This document shows, piece after piece, positions 16,392 through 24,070 of a stretch of DNA of 64,000 nt. Numbering within the stretch: the stretch's first letter is position 1; each line of letters opens with the position of its first letter. The position numbers were made by a program, and so were the translations under genes. Below the pieces are notes generated by a model. That model was not told the DNA's origin. It did no database searches and saw nothing but the letters and a program-made list of their open reading frames with translations. The stretch spans positions 2,215 through 66,214 of the forward strand of contig CAZHRU010000002.1 of assembly GCA_964535015.1 (NCBI GenBank). Reading direction: 5' to 3'. This DNA comes from an uncultured Verrucomicrobiota bacterium. Lineage in GTDB: Bacteria > Verrucomicrobiota > Kiritimatiellia > CAIKKV01 > CAITUY01.

Positions 16392-17162
16392 CTACCCCCG
16401 GTTCAGTTCCCGAATGGCAATCAGGCCGTCCAACGTCAGGTTCGGCAATACCTCCACCTTCACGTCCAACCCCTTCACCGCCTGCCCCGCATACCCCCCA
16501 GTCGCACAAAACACAACCTCTCGCTCCTCCATATCCCCCACCACTTCATGGAAAATCTCTCGCACCATCCCGCGATATCCCACCATGGCGCCAATCCGCA
16601 TCGCCTCGCGCGTACTCCGCCCGATCGCCCGGTTGACCCGCCCCAACTGGATCGACGGCAACAACGCCGTGCGTTCACATAGGTAATCGGTCATCATCGG
16701 CAACCCGGGCGCAATCACACCGCCCACATACCGGCCATCCCCGGTAATCACGTCAAAAGTCAACGCCGTCCCGAAGTCCGCCACCACCGCCGCGCCCCGG
16801 TACCGGTTCCATGCGGCCACCGCATTCGCCAACCGGTCCGCCCCAATGGTCTCAGGATGCGGATAGTCCACCCCAACCCCCAACCGGATCCGGTGACTCA
16901 CCACCAACGGATCGCGGCCGGTGTAGCGGTTGAGTACATGGCGCCAACAGGGATTGAGCCGCGGCACCACCGAGCACAACACGGCATCCGAGACAGTCCC
17001 CGGCGATGCCAATCGCCTCAACAACGTCTCAATCCGCTTCGGATCATTCCCGTCGGACGACGGCAATCGTCCGGTCCGCACCACCCGCCGCCCCACCGCC
17101 ACCCCGACAGTAGTGCTGGTATTCCCAATATCCACCACAATCACTTTTTCAACTTTGTTCAT
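16392..17162 (-). CDS. coaX: Type III pantothenate kinase
   Basis: Start trimmed to ATG 17162 (MNKVEKVIVVDIGNTSTTVGV), 2 nt after the nadC stop. Motifs DIGNT and ADFGTALTFDV. The long Gly/Asp-rich N-extension in the track ORF is implausible. Confidence 0.9.
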   Translation of the reverse strand: MNKVEKVIVVDIGNTSTTVGVAVGRRVVRTGRLPSSDGNDPKRIETLLRRLASPGTVSDAVLCSVVPRLNPCWRHVLNRYTGRDPLVVSHRIRLGVGVDYPHPETIGADRLANAVAAWNRYRGAAVVADFGTALTFDVITGDGRYVGGVIAPGLPMMTDYLCERTALLPSIQLGRVNRAIGRSTREAMRIGAMVGYRGMVREIFHEVVGDMEEREVVFCATGGYAGQAVKGLDVKVEVLPNLTLDGLIAIRELNRG

Positions 17163-17164
17163 TG

Positions 17165-18010
17165 TTAGAGCAACTCCAGCGACAAATCCGCCGCCGGAGC
17201 CGAATGCGTCAGCCCCCCGATCGAAATCGCGTCCACTCCCGTCGCCGCGATCGCCTCCACCGTCGCCAGCGTGACCCCGCCCGACGCCTCCAGTTTGCAC
17301 CGTTTCGCGCACAACTCCACACAGCGCCGCATCAACGCCGGCGTCATGTTGTCCAGCATGATCCACTCCGGCTTGCTCCGAATCGCATCCAGAAGTTCCG
17401 CCTCGGATTCCACCTCGACCTCAACCGGAACACCGGGAAACGCCGCCCGCGCCGCCACCACCGCCCCCGCCAAATCGCGAATCCCCGCCTCCATCCAGAA
17501 CCGCCGGTGGTTGTCCTTGATCAACACCATGTCATACAACCCCATGCGATGATTCACCCCGCCTCCGCATGTCACGGCGTACTTCTCCAGCCGCCGAAGT
17601 GTCGGGGTCGTCTTGCGCGTATCAAGGATATTCACGCCAAAGGGAGCCACCTTGTCCACAAACTCGCGCGTTCTGCTCGCGATTCCTGTCATCCGTTGCA
17701 TGAAGTTGAGCGCCACACGCTCCGCCGTCAAAATGCTCCGAACCGCCCCCTCAATCTCCAGCAGAACCTCATTCGACTGCACCCTCGCCCCATCCTCCAC
17801 CCGCCGCAGGCACTTCAATCCCCCATCCACCTGCCGGAACACCTCCTCGGCCACCGGCACCCCCGCCGCCACATAACGGCCCCGCGACAGAATAACCGCC
17901 CTGCCAACCCGTCCCTCGGGAATCACCGACAACGACGTCACATCCCCGCCGCCAACATCTTCCGCCAAGGCCCGGCCAATCAATTCCCTGATTTCTTCAT
18001 TCACAATCAT
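17165..18010 (-). CDS. nadC: Nicotinate-nucleotide (quinolinate) pyrophosphorylase
   Basis: 281 aa. Motifs ERVALNFMQRMTGIA, TRKTTP, LIKDNH and the C-terminal ISIGGLTHS. Confidence 0.92.
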   Translation of the reverse strand: MIVNEEIRELIGRALAEDVGGGDVTSLSVIPEGRVGRAVILSRGRYVAAGVPVAEEVFRQVDGGLKCLRRVEDGARVQSNEVLLEIEGAVRSILTAERVALNFMQRMTGIASRTREFVDKVAPFGVNILDTRKTTPTLRRLEKYAVTCGGGVNHRMGLYDMVLIKDNHRRFWMEAGIRDLAGAVVAARAAFPGVPVEVEVESEAELLDAIRSKPEWIMLDNMTPALMRRCVELCAKRCKLEASGGVTLATVEAIAATGVDAISIGGLTHSAPAADLSLELL

Positions 18011-18055
18011 ACGTCCGGCATTCCTGTCTTTGTGGTAGTCTCTACTATCCCCTCC

Positions 18056-19120
18056 CTACAGCGACCACATGTACATCCGCGCCGCATTCCCCTGTAAACT
18101 GCGAACGGAAATGTCGATGTTCTGTACCGCCTCAAAAAGGGACGCGAACGTAAACTCCTCCTGATAGCGGATGACCTTGACCGTCTGGACCTTCAGCAGT
18201 TTGGCGGTCGCTGACATGGCGTCATCCCAGTAACCAATGCGATCAATCAACTTGCACTCAAGGGCTTCACTCGCCGTCAGTATACGCCCATCCGCCACCT
18301 TGATGACCTCCTCATCCGGAAGCCTCCGGCCCTCCGCCACGATCTTGACGAACCGCTTGTACATGTCATCGATGGTAACCTGCAACAGCTTCTGCTGTTC
18401 CTCGGAAAGGTCTCGCAACGGATTGAGCATATCCTTGTTTTTGCCGGAGGTGATCGACACGCTCTTGATCCCGTACTTGTCGCCAAACCCCTTGAAATTG
18501 AGGGCCGAGATCAGCACCCCGATCGACCCTGTAATCGTCGTCGGATGCGCGACAATGTAATCGGCCGCCGAGGCGACGTAGTAGCCGCCGGAAGCAGCCA
18601 CATCGCCGAACAGAGCGACAATCTTCCGGGATGGATCCGATTTCTTGAATTTCAAGAGTTCATTGTAAATCATGTCACTGGCGGTGATGCCGCCTCCCGG
18701 ACTGTCCACCACCAGGATCAGGGCCTTGACATCAGAGTCGTGCGTGGCCGTACGAATCTCGCGAAGCGCCGTTTCCACGGGATCGCGGCCCATGGAAAAG
18801 ATCGAACCCTGCTTGCCTTGCATGATGACCCCGGAAATGTCGACCCTGGCCACTTTGCAGTCTCCCCGGCCGTATGACCATGTTTCCATCATGTCGGGGA
18901 ATTCATCAATCCCATGCTCCATGCGGTTGAACATGCCAAACTTGGACGCGGATACCCCCCGCATGAAAGAGTGCGCGTGGAAGCCGATCAATGCAACGCC
19001 GGCAAGAATACTGATCACCCACACCCACATCTTGGTCTTCGGTTTCGCCCGCACCGGGCGCGGCAAAGGCGGCGGCATTGCCCCACGGTCAAATGTTTCC
19101 ATCATCAACCCTTCCTTCAA
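18056..19120 (-). CDS. sppA: Signal peptide peptidase SppA (36K type)
   Basis: N-terminal TM segment. Motifs VDSPGGGITASD and GDVAASGGYYVA (Ser nucleophile context) are typical of the S49 family. Confidence 0.85.
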   Translation of the reverse strand: MKEGLMMETFDRGAMPPPLPRPVRAKPKTKMWVWVISILAGVALIGFHAHSFMRGVSASKFGMFNRMEHGIDEFPDMMETWSYGRGDCKVARVDISGVIMQGKQGSIFSMGRDPVETALREIRTATHDSDVKALILVVDSPGGGITASDMIYNELLKFKKSDPSRKIVALFGDVAASGGYYVASAADYIVAHPTTITGSIGVLISALNFKGFGDKYGIKSVSITSGKNKDMLNPLRDLSEEQQKLLQVTIDDMYKRFVKIVAEGRRLPDEEVIKVADGRILTASEALECKLIDRIGYWDDAMSATAKLLKVQTVKVIRYQEEFTFASLFEAVQNIDISVRSLQGNAARMYMWSL

Positions 19121-19184
19121 TTCACTTCTGGACGGCGAACTTTATGTGAGCCGATCCTTGTCATGTCCTGATTGCAGAACCTCC

Positions 19185-20393
19185 TCACCCTCTGCCCCCC
19201 TCCACTTTCCACTCCGACGGCAAATAGCACACCCCCTCAAACCGCTTGTCCGAATCCACGCCGATCGCAAACGCATGATCAAGCCGGTGATAGTTCGACC
19301 GGTGATCCGCCGAATGCACCGAGAATGAAAACAAATATGTCCCCGCCGCCAGGTCCAGCACCGGCAACCGTAACACCACCGACCCCGCCCCGCTTAACGC
19401 CGGAATCAACATCCCTGCAATCTGGGTATTGCTCCCATGCACCAGCCGCCCTTGTTCATCCGACACACTGAACCCGAATACCGACGGACCCACCGGCATC
19501 TTCGCCTCATACTTCACCCGCACATTCAACGCCTTGCCGCTCCCGAAACTCCGGCAGTCCTTCCCCTGGTCATCAAAAAACTCCGCCCCCGTCAGCACAA
19601 CCTCCCGCGTCCCCCATTCCCGCCGTAACTCCCCGCCCGCCTGCCCGCGTGAAAACGTTTCATACTGCCCAATCACCGCGCCAGGGGCCCCATGCCCCTT
19701 GATCTGACCGTGATCAAGAAACAGGATCGTGTCGCTGACCGATTGGATCGTATTCAGGTCGTGCGAGATGATCAGCATGGTCTTGCCCATTTCGCGGAAC
19801 TGCTCCATCCGCTTCAGACACTTCCGCTGGAAGGCCGCGTCGCCCACCGCCAGCACCTCGTCCACCAGCAGAATGTCCGGGTCCACCTCCACCGCCACCG
19901 CAAACCCGAGCCGCACATACATCCCCGACGAATAGTGCTTCACCGGCTCATCCAGGAACGGCCCGATGTCCGCGAACGCGACAATCGCGTCGAATCGCTG
20001 TTTCATCTGCTCCCGCGAAAGCCCCATGATCGCCCCGGCCAGATATACATTCTCCCGGCCCGTCAGGTCCGGATGAAATCCCGCCCCCAATTCCAGCAAC
20101 GAGGATATCGTCCCCGATGTCGTGATCCGCCCCTCGGAGGGACTCATCGTCCCGGCAAGCAACGCCAACAGCGTACTCTTGCCCGCCCCGTTGGCCCCGA
20201 TGATCCCCAGCGTGGAGCCCCGACGGACCTCAAAATCAATACCCTTCAACGCCCACAACTCGCGCGTCCCCCGCCCGCCCTTCCGCAACAGGTCCATCAC
20301 CACGGACTTCAGCGTCCGGGTGGCCGAATGCCGCAACCGGAACCGCTTGCTTACTCCCTGCACCTTGATGGCCACATTGTCCGTCATCATCAT
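19185..20393 (-). CDS. wzt: Polysaccharide ABC exporter ATP-binding protein (Wzt/TagH-like) with a C-terminal glycan-binding-type domain
   Basis: Start trimmed to ATG 20393 (MMMTDNVAIKVQGVSKRF), adjacent to the permease stop. Walker A GANGAGKST, signature YSSGMYVRLGFA, Walker B ILLVDEVL. A ~150-aa beta-rich C-terminal extension resembles Wzt_C. Confidence 0.88.
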   Translation of the reverse strand: MMMTDNVAIKVQGVSKRFRLRHSATRTLKSVVMDLLRKGGRGTRELWALKGIDFEVRRGSTLGIIGANGAGKSTLLALLAGTMSPSEGRITTSGTISSLLELGAGFHPDLTGRENVYLAGAIMGLSREQMKQRFDAIVAFADIGPFLDEPVKHYSSGMYVRLGFAVAVEVDPDILLVDEVLAVGDAAFQRKCLKRMEQFREMGKTMLIISHDLNTIQSVSDTILFLDHGQIKGHGAPGAVIGQYETFSRGQAGGELRREWGTREVVLTGAEFFDDQGKDCRSFGSGKALNVRVKYEAKMPVGPSVFGFSVSDEQGRLVHGSNTQIAGMLIPALSGAGSVVLRLPVLDLAAGTYLFSFSVHSADHRSNYHRLDHAFAIGVDSDKRFEGVCYLPSEWKVEGGRG

Positions 20394-20395
20394 CC

Positions 20396-21175
20396 TCACA
20401 ACTCGTCCGCAAACCCCTTTTGCAACCCTTGAAAAACAACCACCCCAGCCCCGCACACCAACCACGACACCAGCAACGACGGCCCCCAAAGCGCCACCGA
20501 CGGCAACGCCTCGCCCATCAACGCCGCGCGGTAGAGCGCCAGCAACCCTGTCATCGGATTGAGATAGAACAACTGGTGAATCACCGGGTTGCTGAACTTC
20601 TGGGTCACCATCTCGGGACTGTAGATCACCGGCGTCAGGAAGAACCACGCCATGGTGAACACACCCACCAGGTGCTGCACGTCACGGAAGAACACATTCA
20701 CCGAGGACAGCGCCAGACTCACCCCCGTGCATAACGCCACCTGGGTAACCATCGCCAGCGGCAACCATGCCAGCAATCCGAACGGCACCCCCACCATCTT
20801 GAGATAGACCACCACAATGACCAGCGACAACGCAAAGTTCACAAAATTCGCCAGCACCATGGACAGCGGCAACAGCACCCGCGGAAACGCCGCCTTCTTG
20901 ACCAGGTTCGAATTCCCCAGGATGGCGTTGACGGAATCCCCGAGACTCATCGCGAGATACTGCCAGACAAAAATACCGGTCACCAGCAATGGCAGTGACA
21001 TGGAGAACCGCATGATCCCAAGGAAAACGGCGTAAATCACAATCAGGAACACCGGCCCAAGCAAGGTCCATAGGAACCCCAGCACCGACTCCTTGTATCG
21101 GATCTTGATGTTCCGGACCACCAGCATGGCCAGCAGTTCCCGACGATTCACAATATCGCTAAGCAGTTTCAACAT
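20396..21175 (-). CDS. wzm: ABC-2 type polysaccharide exporter permease (Wzm/TagG-like)
   Basis: 259 aa with about 6 TM segments. N-terminal RELLAMLVVRNIKIRYKESVLGFLW is typical of ABC-2 permeases. It lies directly upstream of the ATPase gene. Confidence 0.85.
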   Translation of the reverse strand: MLKLLSDIVNRRELLAMLVVRNIKIRYKESVLGFLWTLLGPVFLIVIYAVFLGIMRFSMSLPLLVTGIFVWQYLAMSLGDSVNAILGNSNLVKKAAFPRVLLPLSMVLANFVNFALSLVIVVVYLKMVGVPFGLLAWLPLAMVTQVALCTGVSLALSSVNVFFRDVQHLVGVFTMAWFFLTPVIYSPEMVTQKFSNPVIHQLFYLNPMTGLLALYRAALMGEALPSVALWGPSLLVSWLVCGAGVVVFQGLQKGFADEL

Positions 21176-21244
21176 GGCGCCGGAAGAGTATGGTTTTCAG
21201 CCGCCGTCTGTCGAGCCGGAATCTGGCGCATTATCTCCGGGCGA

Positions 21245-21371
21245 CATGGCATCAACCGCCCACCGGGCTCGTCCCGCATGTCACCAGCCGCCCACCGGGT
21301 CGTCCCGCATGTCACCAGCCGCCCACCGGGCTCGTCCCGCATGTCACCAGCCGCCCACCGGGCTCGTCCCG
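21245..21371. repeat. Four head-to-tail copies of a ~32-bp unit (CATGTCACCAGCCGCCCACCGGGCTCGTCCCG) in the pheS-wzm intergenic region
   Basis: Copies at 21245..21276 (5' end diverged: catggcatcaac), 21277..21307 (31 nt, one C deleted), 21308..21339 and 21340..21371 (these two identical). No spacers lie between copies. Confidence 0.9.
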
Positions 21372-21375
21372 GTGG
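21355..21375 (-). terminator. Hairpin at the end of the repeat array, possible pheS terminator (no U-tract)
   Basis: CCACCGGG (21355..21362), loop CTCGT, CCCGGTGG (21368..21375). This is an 8-bp GC-rich stem about 55 nt downstream of the pheS stop. It lacks a T-run, so intrinsic termination is uncertain. Confidence 0.3.
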
Positions 21376-21429
21376 AGGCAAACGTTGATCGTTCGCGGCG
21401 AACCTGCGCGTCTCCCCGACTTTCTTCAA

Positions 21430-22449
21430 TCACCTGAATTGCGCCAGGAACCGGATGTCATTGTCATACAACAGGCGGATATCCTCGATGCCGTACTTGA
21501 TCATCGCAATGCGCTCAACCCCCATCCCGAACGCATAACCTGTGCATGACTCCGGATCATAGCCAACCTTGCTAAACACCTTGGGATTGACCATTCCGGC
21601 GCCGGAAATCTCAATCCACCCGCTGTTCTTACATACGCGACACCCCGTCCCACCGCACACATGACAAGAGAAATCGTACTCAACACTTGGCTCCGTGAAG
21701 GGAAAGAAGTGCGGACGGAACCGCACCTTCACGTTCGGCCCCATCATCTTGTGGGCAAAGAAGGTGACATCACCCTTGAGGTCCGCCATGCTCACCTGAC
21801 GATCCACATACAGTCCTTCAATCTGGTGAAAATTCGCACTGTGCGTGGCATCGGTTGTGTCACGCCGATAACAACGGCCCGGCGCAATAATCCGTACTGG
21901 CGGCTTGCACCTTTCCATCACGCGGATTTGCACCGGTGAGGTCTGTGTGCGCAACAGCGTCTTCGGAGCCAGCCAAAAGGTATCCTGAGTGTCACGGGAC
22001 GGATGATTATCCGGCGTGTTGAGCGCGTCAAAATTGTGCCATTCCGTTTCAATGTCCGGACCATCGGCCACCGTGAACCCCATCCGTCCAAAGATGGCGA
22101 TGGCGTCCTCAATGACTTGTGTCACCGGATGCCTGGAGCCCATTCCGCGCCATGCGCCCGGCAACGTCACATCGAAGGCCTGTTGGTTGGCCTGCCGGGC
22201 AACCTGTTGCAACCGCGCCTTCGTTTCCTCGACCTGTTGGGTCAATGCCTGCTTCAAGTCATTGGCGCGCTTCCCGAACTCCGGACGCTCCTCCGCCGAT
22301 ACTTCCTTCAGTCTGTCCATGACAGCCGGGAGCAACCCTTTCCGGCCCAGGTACTTGATGCGGACCGCTTCAAGGACAGCCAGGGTTTCCGCCCGCGCCG
22401 CCTCGTCTACCGCCCGCTCTTTCAACTCGGTAAGCTCGTGTGCTTTCAT
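21430..22449 (-). CDS. pheS: Phenylalanine--tRNA ligase alpha subunit
   Basis: Start trimmed to ATG 22449 (MKAHELTELKERAV). Class II motifs FRPHFFPFTEPS, FHQIEGL and GMGVERIAM. Confidence 0.93.
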   Translation of the reverse strand: MKAHELTELKERAVDEAARAETLAVLEAVRIKYLGRKGLLPAVMDRLKEVSAEERPEFGKRANDLKQALTQQVEETKARLQQVARQANQQAFDVTLPGAWRGMGSRHPVTQVIEDAIAIFGRMGFTVADGPDIETEWHNFDALNTPDNHPSRDTQDTFWLAPKTLLRTQTSPVQIRVMERCKPPVRIIAPGRCYRRDTTDATHSANFHQIEGLYVDRQVSMADLKGDVTFFAHKMMGPNVKVRFRPHFFPFTEPSVEYDFSCHVCGGTGCRVCKNSGWIEISGAGMVNPKVFSKVGYDPESCTGYAFGMGVERIAMIKYGIEDIRLLYDNDIRFLAQFR

Positions 22450-22552
22450 CGTATATCCGTCCTGAAAATTCGGCGCTTTGTATAACAGAACCCGCACACG
22501 TCTGCCATGCCTTTCTTCACAACCCCAACGGTGTCTATCGGGTCCGGAACAT

Positions 22553-22581
22553 TTGACGTTTGGGGTCGGAACTGATAATCA
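22553..22581 (+). promoter_or_regulatory. Candidate sigma70-type promoter for the SGNH hydrolase gene
   Basis: TTGACG (22553..22558), a 17-nt spacer, then TAATCA (22576..22581). An AAGGAG RBS lies upstream of ATG 22633. Confidence 0.35.
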
Positions 22582-22632
22582 CTCACCCGTTTCGGGTTCG
22601 CCCACACGAACAAATGAAGGAGCCTTTTCACC

Positions 22633-23991
22633 ATGATGCCTTTTGACAAACAACAGCCACCCCTTCCCGTCACTCTGTCTTCACTTGCACGCTGTTTCCT
22701 GTGTGCGTCGTTTGTGATTACCGCACTGGTGACCACCAGTCTTACCGCCGCCGAAAACCCCGCCCTGACACCGGCGGCCAAAACCGAGGGATGGTGGCAG
22801 GACCGCCATGCTTCCTTTCTCGCGAAGGCCAAAGCCGGCGGGGTCGATGCGCTTTTCCTGGGCGACTCCATCACGCAGGGCTGGGAAGCGGCAGGTTCCG
22901 AAGCTTGGCAATTCGAGTTCGCGCCATTCCGGCCGGCCAATTTTGGGATCAATGCCGACCGTATCGAACACCTCCTCTGGCGTATCACCAACGGTGAACT
23001 CGATGGCATTACCCCCAAGGTCATCGTCCTGCTAATCGGTACCAATAACCTCAAGGGTGGCACAACCCGCCAAACGCCCGCGGAAATTCGGGACGGCGTC
23101 GCCTCCGTTCTTCATGAACTCCGCCAACGACTGCCCGGATCCACAATCATCCTTTGCGGCATCCTCCCGCGGCAAACCAAGAAGTACGACTGGATGCCCG
23201 CCACACTAAAGGAAACCAACACACTCCTTGCAAACCTTGCCGACGGCAACCATGTCCGTTTCCTGGATATGACCTCCACCTTTGCCCTTGCGGACGGCAC
23301 TCTCGTTCGCGGCCTTTATCAAAATGATGAACTGCACCTGCAGAATGCCGGATATTGGCGGTGGGCCGATGCACTTCTTCCGCTACTCAAACCGCTTATG
23401 GGAGTCAAAGTCCCGGATCCTGAACTCCACCCGGTGAAACCATCTACCCTTTCGCCGCGCGCGGGTCAGTCGCTGGCACCGTTGGTTCCCGACCTCTGTC
23501 CTGCAATCTGGGTCGCCGCCGGGCCGGTCTCCTGGCCAACCGGACTGCCCCTGCCCAACCTAGCCTCCAACCCCGCGTTTGTACCCGGCGATGCCGCCCC
23601 CGTCGGCGACACAAACACCATGGCCCGCGCTCTGTCGGATGCAGATCGTTTCACTGACTCCTCTTATACCGCAGGCATGTCCGCCATCGACCTGACATCC
23701 ATCCACACCCGCGCCACCGGCACCGTCAGTCTGCTCTGCACTGTCTTGACCAATGACACGCCGCGCACCGTGCAGTTCCGACTCCACACCCCCGGCGGCC
23801 GAACCTGGAACCCGCCCTCCCGCATTCAGGTTCGCGCCTGGCTGGGCACCCAGGAGCTGAACGAACGCGACTCCTACCGCCTCGAACCCGGGGTCTACCC
23901 AATGCAAGTCGTCACAGCCCTCGTCAGATGCGACTCTTGGGGCCGCCTCTGGATCGCCCCGCGTCTCATTGACGCCCCGCCTCGCAACTGA
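22633..23991 (+). CDS. Secreted SGNH/GDSL-family hydrolase (PAF-acetylhydrolase/O-acetylesterase-like) with an unknown ~180-aa C-terminal domain
   Basis: Signal-like N-terminus. SGNH blocks: FLGDSITQGW (block I Ser), LLIGTNNL (block III Asn) and NDELHL (block V Asp/His). I do not recognise the C-terminal half. Confidence 0.8.
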   Translation: MMPFDKQQPPLPVTLSSLARCFLCASFVITALVTTSLTAAENPALTPAAKTEGWWQDRHASFLAKAKAGGVDALFLGDSITQGWEAAGSEAWQFEFAPFRPANFGINADRIEHLLWRITNGELDGITPKVIVLLIGTNNLKGGTTRQTPAEIRDGVASVLHELRQRLPGSTIILCGILPRQTKKYDWMPATLKETNTLLANLADGNHVRFLDMTSTFALADGTLVRGLYQNDELHLQNAGYWRWADALLPLLKPLMGVKVPDPELHPVKPSTLSPRAGQSLAPLVPDLCPAIWVAAGPVSWPTGLPLPNLASNPAFVPGDAAPVGDTNTMARALSDADRFTDSSYTAGMSAIDLTSIHTRATGTVSLLCTVLTNDTPRTVQFRLHTPGGRTWNPPSRIQVRAWLGTQELNERDSYRLEPGVYPMQVVTALVRCDSWGRLWIAPRLIDAPPRN

Positions 23992-24070
23992 TAGGCCGCG
24001 CAATCAGGACTTGTTCCCCCATGCCCTATCTGCTAATAAAAGCAGGCACTATTTTTACGGAATACTATCT

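Noticed and set aside
21245-21371. Could the ~32-bp repeats be a small CRISPR array?
   Set aside because: The copies are directly contiguous with no spacers. The unit length and lack of a terminal palindrome layout do not fit CRISPR, and no cas genes are in the window. I treat it as a tandem repeat.
21093-21549. Track ORFs 21093..21437(+), 21169..21429(-) and 21190..21549(+) crossing the tandem repeats.
   Set aside because: Their translations are just the repeat read in three frames (HRARPACHQPPTG.., RWAAGDMRDEPGGRL..). They have no RBS or start context and overlap one another and the pheS 3' end, so they are not credible genes.
22446-23063. 205-aa minus-strand ORF upstream of pheS.
   Set aside because: It is antisense to the well-supported SGNH hydrolase gene (GDSL/SGNH blocks, promoter, RBS). 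It would also require pheS to start at the implausible upstream GTG/ATG. The composition is typical of a shadow ORF.
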